Source of the DNA: a virus
Reading direction: 5' to 3' (one strand)
IMG/VR virus record: IMGVR_UViG_3300029243_000160
Coordinates: 32,001-96,000 of that record
Length of the DNA: 64,000 nt
The notes below the pieces were generated by a model that ran no database searches, was not told the DNA's origin, and saw only the letters and a program-made list of their open reading frames with translations. The stretch's first letter is position 1. Every line of letters begins with the position of its first letter. The translations under genes were made by a program, and so were the position numbers. Below, one piece after another: positions 7,552 through 16,623 of the stretch.

Positions 7552-9279
7552 TTATTCTGTTGTGTAGTAGTAAAGTTCCAGCTGTGACTTTGCTCTTGTC
7601 AGAGCTGTATACAGCATTCTCTTATCTACCAGTCGGTCATCTTTCGGAATAAAAACGATTACACGTTCTGCCTCACTGCCCTGCATCTTATGAATTGTGA
7701 TTGCATAAGCCAGCACAAGGTCTTCTCTGTGGGCAGCAGTAATGTCCACTTCCTTCCCGTCAATCTCAACAGTGATTGTTCCCTTACCGTTGATTTTTGT
7801 AACAATACCAATATCTCCGTTGCAATACTTCTTTGTGTTTTTGACAGTCATCACTTTATCGCCAACATTGAAGTCTGCTTCTCCCTTTTTCAGATACGCA
7901 TTTATCTGTGCGTTCAAATTGTTGTACGGTGACAGAATTTGTGTATCTTCATTATTCGTCATGATGATTTCTCCAATATCATCAAACCCAATCAATTCCA
8001 TATGAAAACCTGCTCCGTTTCGGAGAGGCTTCTCCTGCAAAACATTGTTTGCGTTCTGTAAAATATCAGTCCCTTCTTTTTGTCTGTGATTGATTTCCAG
8101 TCGATATACTTCCAGTTCCTTCATGAAATCAAAGAACGGTTCACCATACCCAACAGGGTAAAGCTGATTGTGGTCTCCCACAAAAATCACCTTGCAAGTC
8201 GGGTCAGTCGCACAGAGCAGGTCATACATTAAAGCCGTATCAATCATGCTGCTCTCATCGACAATAATCAGTCTGTAAGGCAATTTATTTTCTGCCGTAT
8301 AGAACGTGTACTCTTCTTCCGGATTCTTTCTCAAAGCCTTGTGAATCGTGGCAGCAGGCATATTTGTCTTTTCTGCAAGTCTTCTGCTGGCTTTTCCTGT
8401 TGGAGCAATCAGAAGTACATTCTTCTTTGCATAGTAAGTGGTATAGCAATCAATCAGTGTTTGAATCACTGTTGTCTTTCCTACGCCTGCACCGCCTGTA
8501 ATTACGCATGGAAGGCTTGTTCGCAATCCCCACAGCGTTCTGAGTTGTTCCTCTTCCAAGCCTTTATCTTTGACGGAATTAAAAAAGTTTTGTACCTCTT
8601 CTTCTGTCAAAAGCTCGTATTCCAGCTTCTTTCGACTTTGAATATCAGTACGAATAAAATCCTCTTTTTTCTTCATCTCAGAATCCCATACAGTGCCGTT
8701 TTTCAAGCCATATCGTTCTGCCTGCAAGCACATCATTTTCAGCGTAACCATCAATTGCTGATACGCACCTTCCTGCTCTACCGCAGAAAAATACCCAAGA
8801 AACTCTTCGATACCATAGGAGATTTTTCGCTTGTTTCTGGCATTCTGGATTATCTTGCGATTGATTGCATCTACTCTGGTCGGCTCTTTCGCATCGTCCA
8901 CAACTTCCTTGTGAACTCTATCTGCTTCGCCAAACGGTAACACAGAATAAATTTCTTCCAGCGAAAGTCTGGCAGTGTTCCACCCAATCCCATCACTTTT
9001 CAAAATGAGATGCCGTTCCAGAACAGCTTCGTATTCGTCTGGATTTACGTTTGCTCTCTCCAGAGCAGTGATATTTCTTTCGTCCAGAGTAAGCTCATAG
9101 TCCAAAACATTATCCGCTTCGTCCAGTTCCATTTGAATGAATATACCGTGATACAATTCCGGAATATTTCCTACAACACGGAAGCTCTTCTTTCTTGTGC
9201 CGTCCAAAGCAATAACAACAGCACTTCGACCATGTTTTGTGCCTCGTCCTGTTGCTTTCAGCACCATATAAGTATTCAA
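7552..9279 (-). CDS. RecD-like / SF1 DNA helicase
   Basis: Walker A GGAGVGKTT, Walker B LIIVDESSMID, VGDHNQLYPVGYG, TIHKMQGSE and LYTALTRAK. Alternative TTG start with RBS AAAGGTG. Confidence 0.85.
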   Translation of the reverse strand: MNTYMVLKATGRGTKHGRSAVVIALDGTRKKSFRVVGNIPELYHGIFIQMELDEADNVLDYELTLDERNITALERANVNPDEYEAVLERHLILKSDGIGWNTARLSLEEIYSVLPFGEADRVHKEVVDDAKEPTRVDAINRKIIQNARNKRKISYGIEEFLGYFSAVEQEGAYQQLMVTLKMMCLQAERYGLKNGTVWDSEMKKKEDFIRTDIQSRKKLEYELLTEEEVQNFFNSVKDKGLEEEQLRTLWGLRTSLPCVITGGAGVGKTTVIQTLIDCYTTYYAKKNVLLIAPTGKASRRLAEKTNMPAATIHKALRKNPEEEYTFYTAENKLPYRLIIVDESSMIDTALMYDLLCATDPTCKVIFVGDHNQLYPVGYGEPFFDFMKELEVYRLEINHRQKEGTDILQNANNVLQEKPLRNGAGFHMELIGFDDIGEIIMTNNEDTQILSPYNNLNAQINAYLKKGEADFNVGDKVMTVKNTKKYCNGDIGIVTKINGKGTITVEIDGKEVDITAAHREDLVLAYAITIHKMQGSEAERVIVFIPKDDRLVDKRMLYTALTRAKSQLELYYYTTE

Positions 9280-9410
9280 TTAGCACACCTTTTTTCACGT
9301 TATATTTGTATTATTATCTTATCATTTTGCACTTCTCATGTCGTGTATATCTGCTTTTATATACATAGAAAATACAATCCAAAATTGTGCAAATAATCGT
9401 CATTTGGGTA

Positions 9411-9456
9411 TAAAAAAATCCGCACAAGAAATAAGCCCTTGCACGGATTCTTTTTT
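9411..9456 (-). terminator. Rho-independent terminator (A-run/T-run flanked, potentially bidirectional)
   Basis: AATCCGCACAAG...CTTGCACGGATT imperfect 12-bp stem, with a T-run after it on both strands. Confidence 0.6.
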
Positions 9457-9478
9457 GTCATATTAAGGAGTGTCTGCT

Positions 9479-9736
9479 TTAGAGAAATGCAGAGCCGTCA
9501 TAGTCACTGTCGTCCTGCTCTTCTTCGTCCGGTGTTTCATAAGACAGTTCGTCAAACTGCCTGTAGCCCCGAAGGACTTCTTCACTGTAATCAGAAATTT
9601 TGCCGAGAATCTGTTTCACCTTGATTTCGTCTTCTACGTTTTTCAGTAAAGTGGCGTTGGACTGAATATCACGGAACTTATCTGCAATGTAGCTCCTTAT
9701 CTCGTAAGCCTTGTCTTCTAATTCGTGCTGTTTCAC
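9479..9736 (-). CDS. Small acidic protein (85 aa)
   Basis: ORF in the operon with an acidic C-terminus. Confidence 0.5.
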   Translation of the reverse strand: MKQHELEDKAYEIRSYIADKFRDIQSNATLLKNVEDEIKVKQILGKISDYSEEVLRGYRQFDELSYETPDEEEQDDSDYDGSAFL

Positions 9737-9751
9737 GTTGCATCACCTTTT

Positions 9752-11110
9752 TCAGTTATTTTCTTCTGTGCTTGATTCTGTATCAGGCAAGCTTTCCTGC
9801 TCCGTTTCTTCGGAAGATTCTTCACTGGTTGCGTCTGTTTCGGAATTTTCTCCAGTGTCAGCAGTATCTTCCGGAGATTGCGAAACCTTCGCTTCTTCTA
9901 CCACGCCGACCAGACTATTGATAACAACCATGTCTTCCAAGCTCTTTGTGATTGAGGAATCCGCATCAGAACGTGCATAAATGAAACGCTCATAGCTGTC
10001 AGAAAGCTTGTTGTAGGTAGTTGCCACCAGAATGCCGTCCTTGTAAACGATTGCCTGCTGGAGAGCCTTGTCTTCAAACACCCACTTTTCATTCATGTCC
10101 GCAGGAGCGTGGAAGAACATACTGTCTTTTTCTCCGTAGTAGAACGCAACGTCACCATACTCATTCATGAACGGATATTTCTGCATCAATTCGTTTTTCT
10201 TGATGTTTGCGTTCAATTCTGTAGCAGACGTGCTTTCAACTTCCGGAAGTTCTTCATAAGGCGTAAAAGTGCTTCTCATACCATCTTTCACAAGCTTAGA
10301 GTAGTAGAACTCTTTTACCTCACGATTTCGCATATCCACATACTGCACGGTATCAGATTTCTGCGAATCTTTCTTTTCTGTCTTTGTCGCCACTTCTGTT
10401 TTGTCGCCATTAACAGGCTTCAAAACAACAACCAGCCGTTCACGATTTGTCTGAATTGCAAAAGTGTCATCATCAACTCGCTGATACTCAAAAAGTTGCG
10501 TTGTGATGTCAGGTAACGTAGCATCTACTGTTGCAGTAGCATATGCCTTGCACCAATCCTTATCGCAGTCATATAAAATTCTGTAGTTTGCGGTTAAACC
10601 TGTAGAATTATCGCTCGACATAAGCAATGGGTCTGTGATGCTTACTCCGGCTACACTATAATCATCTTTCTCATTTCTTGTAACCTTTGCGGTAAGTCCC
10701 TCATCTCCACCTGCGGAAAAAGAACTTGTTTCACTTGCCATTTGAGAAATAACTGTGTCCCAGTCTGTTTCTTCCTCATTGAACCACTGTGTGTCTGTGA
10801 TGATTGGTGTGTCCAAAAAAGTGGACACAAAATCCTGATAGCCGTCTGCTGTCCAATATGAGTTAGGACTGGTTTCTCGTACAGCGGTGTTGTTGGATTT
10901 CATCTGCTCCATAACATTCAAAACGCTATCCTTCAATGTCAATGTGCGAATCACGCCACCACGATAGTCGTTCTGCTGTAATTCCTGACCTGTTTTGTCT
11001 GTGGCATTCGATGTCTGAGTGCCTGCACTGCCAGAGCCACAGCCAACAAGAGAAAACGTCAGACCTGCTGCCAAAACAGCAGAAGCAATCCGTTTGTTCC
11101 ATTTGTTCAT
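9752..11110 (-). CDS. Lipoprotein (452 aa), likely part of the transfer apparatus
   Basis: Signal peptide with lipobox LVGC (AAGLTFSLVGCGSGS). Acidic Ser/Thr/Glu tail. Confidence 0.7.
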   Translation of the reverse strand: MNKWNKRIASAVLAAGLTFSLVGCGSGSAGTQTSNATDKTGQELQQNDYRGGVIRTLTLKDSVLNVMEQMKSNNTAVRETSPNSYWTADGYQDFVSTFLDTPIITDTQWFNEEETDWDTVISQMASETSSFSAGGDEGLTAKVTRNEKDDYSVAGVSITDPLLMSSDNSTGLTANYRILYDCDKDWCKAYATATVDATLPDITTQLFEYQRVDDDTFAIQTNRERLVVVLKPVNGDKTEVATKTEKKDSQKSDTVQYVDMRNREVKEFYYSKLVKDGMRSTFTPYEELPEVESTSATELNANIKKNELMQKYPFMNEYGDVAFYYGEKDSMFFHAPADMNEKWVFEDKALQQAIVYKDGILVATTYNKLSDSYERFIYARSDADSSITKSLEDMVVINSLVGVVEEAKVSQSPEDTADTGENSETDATSEESSEETEQESLPDTESSTEENN

Positions 11111-11138
11111 ATAATTTCCTCGTTTCTGTTTAATAAGA

Positions 11139-11167
11139 AAGGGGCTAACTTTTTCAATTAGCCCCTT
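11139..11167 (-). terminator. Hairpin / weak terminator
   Basis: AAGGGGCTAA...TTAGCCCCTT 10-bp stem. The minus-strand tail TCTTATT is only moderately T-rich. Confidence 0.4.
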
Positions 11168-11239
11168 CCGTTGTGAAGTCTTACTTATTCACCCTGTCGT
11201 TTGGGTTTTCTTTTTGAATAAAAGAATGTATGCAAGTAT

Positions 11240-11620
11240 TTATTCACCCACAATCTTGATGGCAACCAGAATGGACTTCAATGCAGTCATAACAATGCCT
11301 GCCAGAGCCATGATAATGCCCTTGGTCTTTGCTTCCGGCTGGTTCTGCATAAAGGACATTACAACCTCATAAACGCCGTACACAACCAGTGCAACGCCGA
11401 CAAAGCGAGTAATGGTCAGCAAAATGCCGATAATCTTGCCCATCATCGTGCTTGCATCGGTGCCTCCATTCGCTGTCACCTTAACATCTTCGCCGAAGCT
11501 TGCAAATGCTGTTGTAGCACTCATGCTCGCCATAGCAGACATGATGCCTGCACCAGTCATAATCTTGCGGAACAGACCGCACTTCTTTTTCTTAGTAGTT
11601 GTCATTGCTGTAGTCTTCAT
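11240..11620 (-). CDS. VirB2/TrbC-like pilin candidate (small two-TM secreted protein)
   Basis: Start taken at the internal ATG with RBS AAAGGAA. Signal-like N-terminus ending AFASFG, then two hydrophobic helices. Confidence 0.35.
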   Translation of the reverse strand: MKTTAMTTTKKKKCGLFRKIMTGAGIMSAMASMSATTAFASFGEDVKVTANGGTDASTMMGKIIGILLTITRFVGVALVVYGVYEVVMSFMQNQPEAKTKGIIMALAGIVMTALKSILVAIKIVGE

Positions 11621-11672
11621 CTCAAACAATTCCTTTCTGTATGAAAAAATGTGTGTTAGAACAATCACAGCT

Positions 11673-12077
11673 TTATGAGATAAGCCGTTCTTTGTCCTGC
11701 TTATTTATCTTAGCTGGCGGTGCTGTTTGAATAACATTCCACTCATCAGCAGGGATAACATAGTCATCGCCGTATTCCTTTTTGATTTCTTCGGGGTCGT
11801 ACACAAAGTCTGTTTCATTGATGTAACATTGTGTACTCAGCTTTTCCCTTCCAACCGTTCGGAGAAAATCCCAAGCAGGCATTCCATACGGTTTGAAAAA
11901 ACCAAAGAACAAAATCAATCCGGCAGGCGGTATTGCAATTTCAATGCTTCCTGTCAGCTTGTAAGTCAAAAATCCTACAGCCGCACCAGCAGCAAGAAAC
12001 GCCGCTTCTTTGAAGGAGAAATTGCCAATATCCTTTGTTTTGTATTTTCTGATGTCTTGTCCAATCAGAATTTCCAT
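11673..12077 (-). CDS. PrgI-family / VirB3-like conjugation membrane protein
   Basis: DIRKYKTKDIGNFSFKEAAFLAAGAAVGFL resembles the PrgI-family N-terminus followed by TM helices. Confidence 0.5.
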   Translation of the reverse strand: MEILIGQDIRKYKTKDIGNFSFKEAAFLAAGAAVGFLTYKLTGSIEIAIPPAGLILFFGFFKPYGMPAWDFLRTVGREKLSTQCYINETDFVYDPEEIKKEYGDDYVIPADEWNVIQTAPPAKINKQDKERLIS

Positions 12078-12095
12078 TGCCTTTCACTCCTTTCA

Positions 12096-12127
12096 CTATA
12101 TATATGTAAGAATTAAAGGAAAAACGG
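12096..12127 (-). promoter_or_regulatory. 26-nt transfer-module motif, copy A (divergent)
   Basis: Minus strand GTTTTTCCTTTAATTCTTACATATATATAG, 18 nt upstream of the PrgI-like start. Confidence 0.5.
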
Positions 12128-12144
12128 AGCGTTTCTGCTCCGTT
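12118..12144 (-). terminator. Rho-independent terminator
   Basis: AACGGAGC-AGAAAC-GCTCCGTT followed by TTTTCC on the minus strand. Its T-tail merges into motif copy A. Confidence 0.6.
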
Positions 12145-12174
12145 TCTGAAAATTATTTTGTGAACTTTTTTCTT

Positions 12175-13032
12175 TTACGCTCCAAGTGCTTCTTTGCTCA
12201 CTTGTTTTGCAACATTAGATGCTGCAATTGCTGCAAACGGTGCTACCAGATACATCAGCAAGCAGCTCAATCCTGCCACGATGTCAGGGTCGCCACCAGC
12301 ACCTGTAAGAGCCGCCAGCTGTTCTGTTGTCATCGCAGTCGCAAGTGTTAAAGCAATCCGAGGCAACGCAACCAGTGCCACACCATAAAGCCCAAGTGCA
12401 AGGAATCCTTTGATATAGCGAATTGCGTTGGAGTGTCTGCCACCATAAATGTCAGCCACTGCAATCGGCAAAACAGAAAGTCTGAACAGCAGTTCCAACT
12501 TATACATCATGCCCTTGTACCACCATACCAATTTCAGTACCAATCCGATAATTGCTGTAAGCATTAGGATAATCAGCACAACAAGCAAAATGAAGAAACC
12601 AAGTTTCCCAAACATCTCCATCAGCTTTGTCATGACTTCTGCAAGGTCGGCTTGTGTTGTATCTCCGGCTTTTGCAAGATTTGAAATTTTTGTGATGAAT
12701 GTATCATTGAACATGATAATGCTCGAAACAATTTTTCCGCTTTGTGATATAACTGCAATTGCAACCATCAATTTCAAAAATGGTGCAAAGAAGCTCTTCA
12801 TCGTCAAATCTCTGCCTTCCAAGGCGAGCTTTTCGTTCATTTCCATCAGGAAATAGACCAAAGTAAAAGCAATGCCTGCAATAGCCAAATAGTTGTATAT
12901 TTCTTTGACAATAGAGGTCATTTTATCCCAGTCTCCACCGCCTTGAATTGTGACATACTTTGCGTCAAGGCTACACGCCTGTGCAATTACTGTTGTCACC
13001 AAGTTCAGCACCCACTCAACCGCTTTTTTCAT
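12175..13032 (-). CDS. Polytopic membrane protein, VirB6/TrbL-like candidate
   Basis: 285 aa with about 6 hydrophobic helices. Positioned between the coupling protein and the PrgI-like gene. Confidence 0.4.
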   Translation of the reverse strand: MKKAVEWVLNLVTTVIAQACSLDAKYVTIQGGGDWDKMTSIVKEIYNYLAIAGIAFTLVYFLMEMNEKLALEGRDLTMKSFFAPFLKLMVAIAVISQSGKIVSSIIMFNDTFITKISNLAKAGDTTQADLAEVMTKLMEMFGKLGFFILLVVLIILMLTAIIGLVLKLVWWYKGMMYKLELLFRLSVLPIAVADIYGGRHSNAIRYIKGFLALGLYGVALVALPRIALTLATAMTTEQLAALTGAGGDPDIVAGLSCLLMYLVAPFAAIAASNVAKQVSKEALGA

Positions 13033-13055
13033 ATGTTTTTGCTCCTTTCGTTGAA

Positions 13056-14903
13056 TTATGTTGTAGGCATTATGCCTGTAACATCTTTTTCTTCATCTGT
13101 ATTCAGATTCCTGTAATACAGCTCTGCATTGATTTTCTTCTTTTTGACTGCCTGAACGTCTTTCCAACGGCGATGCTCTGTCAAAAGAAGCTTTCTGCAA
13201 ACGTAAGGAGTAACATCACGAATAATGACAATCTCATCATCACGATTTTTCGCAGGGTCATTGATAGCACCGATTTCATCAATGCTCATGAGGTCTACTT
13301 CGGTCGGCGTGTATGACGTTGATACTCCTGATTGACTGGACGATGTTGACTTCTGACGAATTGTAGTCTTGCCAAGCATTTTCTGAATCTGTTCTTTATC
13401 TTCCTTTAAGATAGAACCAAGGAAAATCGTTGTATCTACATTGGCAAGCACGGTTTCATGTTCTCCGTCCTTATACATCGTTTTCAGCTGTCCAATATCC
13501 TGAATTACTACATGAGAGCCGATGCGGTACTTACGGCTTGTTGACAAAATCGTTAAGAAGTTCGGGATTTCACCGATATTCTTAAACTCGTCCAGCAAGA
13601 AGTTGATATGAATAGGAAGCGAAGGGTCGCCACCAGCAAACTCATCTCCAGCCCATATGTACATCTTGTCCATATCTTTGATAAGTGTTTCAAGCGGTTC
13701 TCGAAGAACGCTGGACTTGTAATACTTCATTCCTTTTCGTTTGCCGGAAGCATCTTTTTCCGGTGAATTGAAAGCAATGTGATAAATAGAAGTGTTATTC
13801 ACATAGGCTTCTTCAACAATATTATCCTCTGTCACAGTCTCATAAAACATCTTTGCTTCTTCTTCGGAATCGAAGTAATCGAACACCGGAGTTCCCACTC
13901 TGTACCCGATATGCCATTTTCCCCGAAGCTTTCGCTCTCCCAGTTCATAAAGCCGTCCATACAGCTGCGAATACAGCATCGCAATCAAGAAGTTGAACGC
14001 CTGATGCGACTGCGGAATACCAAGAAACAGATACGACTGCTGGGTTGCCATCTTGTCAATGTTGATATTCATGTTCTTGTACTTCTTATTGGTGCGAGTA
14101 ATCATGTCCACTTCATAAGTGGAGAATATCTGCAAATCGACCGCTGTAGTAATCAAGATGGTATTTGCTGTCTTCTGCGGAGCAATCAGGAACGTATCAT
14201 AATACAGCTTTGTTTTGTTGTTCGGGAAACGCTTGAAGAAATCGTCCAGCCGACAAGTAAGAGGTGATTTTGTTTTTCCATCATCGCTTACCTTTGCTTC
14301 CTGAACCAATTTCAAGATTGTAGAAAAGCATCTTCCACCGTTCAATCGCTGTGTTCTGCCACCTTTGATGCCTTCACAAGGGAATCCATCAAGGAGCAGG
14401 TCTTCATCTTCTTCCAGAACATAATAAATCAGTGCCGTCATGAATGCTTTTTCTGACTTGTCCCAGAAGGGGTCTCCACCGCCAGCTTCCTTGCCAGCCT
14501 TCGCATTTTTCATGTAAAGGTCTACCAGAATGTTGACCTGTGTTTCTGAGATGTTGCCATAGCTGTCAAACACATTCTCCAGCGGATTATAATTGTTAGA
14601 CAGCGTAAAGTCTGAGGCATTGAACAGGAATACGTTATATCCTTTGGAAAGCAGATACGGTGCAAACGAACGAAAAATATCTCCGGAAGGGTCTGTGACC
14701 ACCATAGAGCAGTTTTCCTGCAAGATGTTCGGTTTGATATATTTGAACGTCTTACCTGTACCAGTGCCACCGATAACCAGCACATTCGCTGAACGGTTGA
14801 CTTTCTTGTTATTTAACGACAGCCCCAAATATTCGCCTTTGTATACGCCAAACAGCATATTGTTGTCGATATAAGAGCTGTCTTGTACTTTACTTTTTGC
14901 CAA
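13056..14903 (-). CDS. Type IV coupling protein (VirD4/TraG family ATPase)
   Basis: Walker A VIGGTGTGKTF, MVVTDPSGD, and the C-terminal LLDEFKNIG / SHVVIQDIGQL pattern typical of TraG/VirD4. Confidence 0.85.
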   Translation of the reverse strand: MAKSKVQDSSYIDNNMLFGVYKGEYLGLSLNNKKVNRSANVLVIGGTGTGKTFKYIKPNILQENCSMVVTDPSGDIFRSFAPYLLSKGYNVFLFNASDFTLSNNYNPLENVFDSYGNISETQVNILVDLYMKNAKAGKEAGGGDPFWDKSEKAFMTALIYYVLEEDEDLLLDGFPCEGIKGGRTQRLNGGRCFSTILKLVQEAKVSDDGKTKSPLTCRLDDFFKRFPNNKTKLYYDTFLIAPQKTANTILITTAVDLQIFSTYEVDMITRTNKKYKNMNINIDKMATQQSYLFLGIPQSHQAFNFLIAMLYSQLYGRLYELGERKLRGKWHIGYRVGTPVFDYFDSEEEAKMFYETVTEDNIVEEAYVNNTSIYHIAFNSPEKDASGKRKGMKYYKSSVLREPLETLIKDMDKMYIWAGDEFAGGDPSLPIHINFLLDEFKNIGEIPNFLTILSTSRKYRIGSHVVIQDIGQLKTMYKDGEHETVLANVDTTIFLGSILKEDKEQIQKMLGKTTIRQKSTSSSQSGVSTSYTPTEVDLMSIDEIGAINDPAKNRDDEIVIIRDVTPYVCRKLLLTEHRRWKDVQAVKKKKINAELYYRNLNTDEEKDVTGIMPTT

Positions 14904-14922
14904 AACTTACCCTCTTTTCTCT

Positions 14923-15813
14923 TTATTTTTCCATGAACTTATTCTTGTACACCTTAAAATCCCTTGAAGTGCCAAGGTGAGAAGAACCATGCTCATGTCC
15001 AACACGAGATTTTTTCTTCGCATCAGAATCCAGCCAGATAAACAAGCCGATTACGCCAAGGATTCCTGCTCCGATTGCAAACGCTCCAAAGAATGTTGCC
15101 GTGTCAAGTGGTGTTACTGAAATCGGTAGATTTTCTACTGTAAGCCAACTAAATGTGCATGACATAACACCGTTTGTCTTGCCACCTTTATAGTTGTAAT
15201 AAGAATTTGCTTCCACGCCAAAGAAAATTCCTACTGCACAGCAGGCTATCAAAAACAGGAACAGCTTTTTCAAGCCACCGCCTTGCGTTGACGGCTTTGC
15301 AAAAGACACTTTCGGCATCACAGCTGAATTTTTGTACTGCCGAGCATGAGGGTCTTTCGGAGAAGTTCGCTCCAGTTCCTCTGTTGCTCCCTTTAACGCA
15401 TCGAGAGCAATTCGTTTTCCCTCAATTTCAAGAGCCTGCTTATTGTCTTCTGATTCTTTTTGCAATTTTTCATTCTGCAAATCTTCTGCCGTTGCATATC
15501 GCACTTCGTCCTCGTGAACAACGTCTTCTGCTTTTACAGATTCATCAAGGACATTCTGTACTGCATTTGTCTGTGATTGAGAATCCACAGACTTCTGTAA
15601 ATTTGCAACCGTGTCCATATGTTTCGCCTGTTCCTGTGAAAAGAATCCTTTCTTTTCCATGTTGGTCATGACAGAAGTATCACAAATATTGCCGATTGTT
15701 TCGTAATCTTCGTCCTCGTCATTTGAGGCAGCAGGCTGTTGCTCCGGCAAAGAACCAGTGGCGAATATGTCTTCATAATCTTCTGTGAAGTTGCTAAACT
15801 TTTTTTCGCTCAT
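14923..15813 (-). CDS. Membrane protein with acidic cytoplasmic N-terminal region
   Basis: Start at the ATG in an ATGA overlap with the upstream stop, RBS GGAGA. Two or more TM helices in the C-terminal third. Confidence 0.55.
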   Translation of the reverse strand: MSEKKFSNFTEDYEDIFATGSLPEQQPAASNDEDEDYETIGNICDTSVMTNMEKKGFFSQEQAKHMDTVANLQKSVDSQSQTNAVQNVLDESVKAEDVVHEDEVRYATAEDLQNEKLQKESEDNKQALEIEGKRIALDALKGATEELERTSPKDPHARQYKNSAVMPKVSFAKPSTQGGGLKKLFLFLIACCAVGIFFGVEANSYYNYKGGKTNGVMSCTFSWLTVENLPISVTPLDTATFFGAFAIGAGILGVIGLFIWLDSDAKKKSRVGHEHGSSHLGTSRDFKVYKNKFMEK

Positions 15814-16508
15814 TGATTTTTCTCCAATTTCCAAGTTTCTTCTGTGAAGTTGTCAGGTACAACTTCTTCGATGCTCTCTGCCGCCTTTTTGATGATGTAA
15901 AGCACCAGCTTAAATGTCGATGTCTGGTCAAGTTCCAATGCACGATACAGCAATTCTTTGTGCATCTGTTCATCAGAACCTTTTGAAGTGTAAAAGACGG
16001 AAAATTCTTTGTCCTTATAAGAAATTTCCCATGCTCCGATTTTGCATTCGCCATGAAGTACATAGTCCACAAAATACATAAAGCCGATGTCCTTCGCACT
16101 CTCCACTGGTTCAGCCAGATTGCTGGAAACAACACACTGTTCTGTAATTACCATCAGCTGAGAAATTACGCCCATGTCATTGATATACAATGGTTTGTTG
16201 GATTCCTTCGGCATATAGGTATGAATTACCTCTGTGTTGGAATACAACTCATAAGACTGCATCGAGCAAATTACTGGCGTATGGATTTCTGCCAGTTCTG
16301 CTTCGATTCGCTGAACGTCCACAAATTCACTGGTTACACCATAAATTTTCCTGAGTTCTACGCCAAACATTTTGTTTTGTACAGTTTCTACTGCACATTC
16401 CACCTTGTCCAAGTCGTATTTGTTTAGGATAAGATACAGCAGTAAGATTCGCTCTTTGTTGTCTTGCCTGCGGTATTTATTGAACATTTCTTCTGCCATA
16501 AGAAGCAC
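15810..16508 (-). CDS. Hypothetical protein (232 aa)
   Basis: First ORF downstream of 26-nt motif copy B. No motif recognised. Confidence 0.55.
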   Translation of the reverse strand: MLLMAEEMFNKYRRQDNKERILLLYLILNKYDLDKVECAVETVQNKMFGVELRKIYGVTSEFVDVQRIEAELAEIHTPVICSMQSYELYSNTEVIHTYMPKESNKPLYINDMGVISQLMVITEQCVVSSNLAEPVESAKDIGFMYFVDYVLHGECKIGAWEISYKDKEFSVFYTSKGSDEQMHKELLYRALELDQTSTFKLVLYIIKKAAESIEEVVPDNFTEETWKLEKNQ

Positions 16509-16546
16509 CTCTTTCTGTAAACAGGCATAACGATGCCTCTACCCTT

Positions 16547-16571
16547 TATATGTAAGGTTTAAGGGAAAAAC
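16547..16571 (-). promoter_or_regulatory. 26-nt transfer-module motif, copy B
   Basis: Minus strand GTTTTTCCCTTAAACCTTACATATAAAGGGTAGAGG, 47 nt upstream of the ATG. Confidence 0.55.
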
Positions 16572-16602
16572 AAAACAGCCCCTGTGGAATGATTCCACAA
16601 GG
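16572..16602 (-). terminator. Rho-independent terminator after the giant gene
   Basis: Minus strand CCTTGTGGAA-TCA-TTCCACAGGGG, then GCTGTTTTGTTTTT. Confidence 0.6.
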
Positions 16603-16623
16603 ACTGCCTTGCAACATTATTGC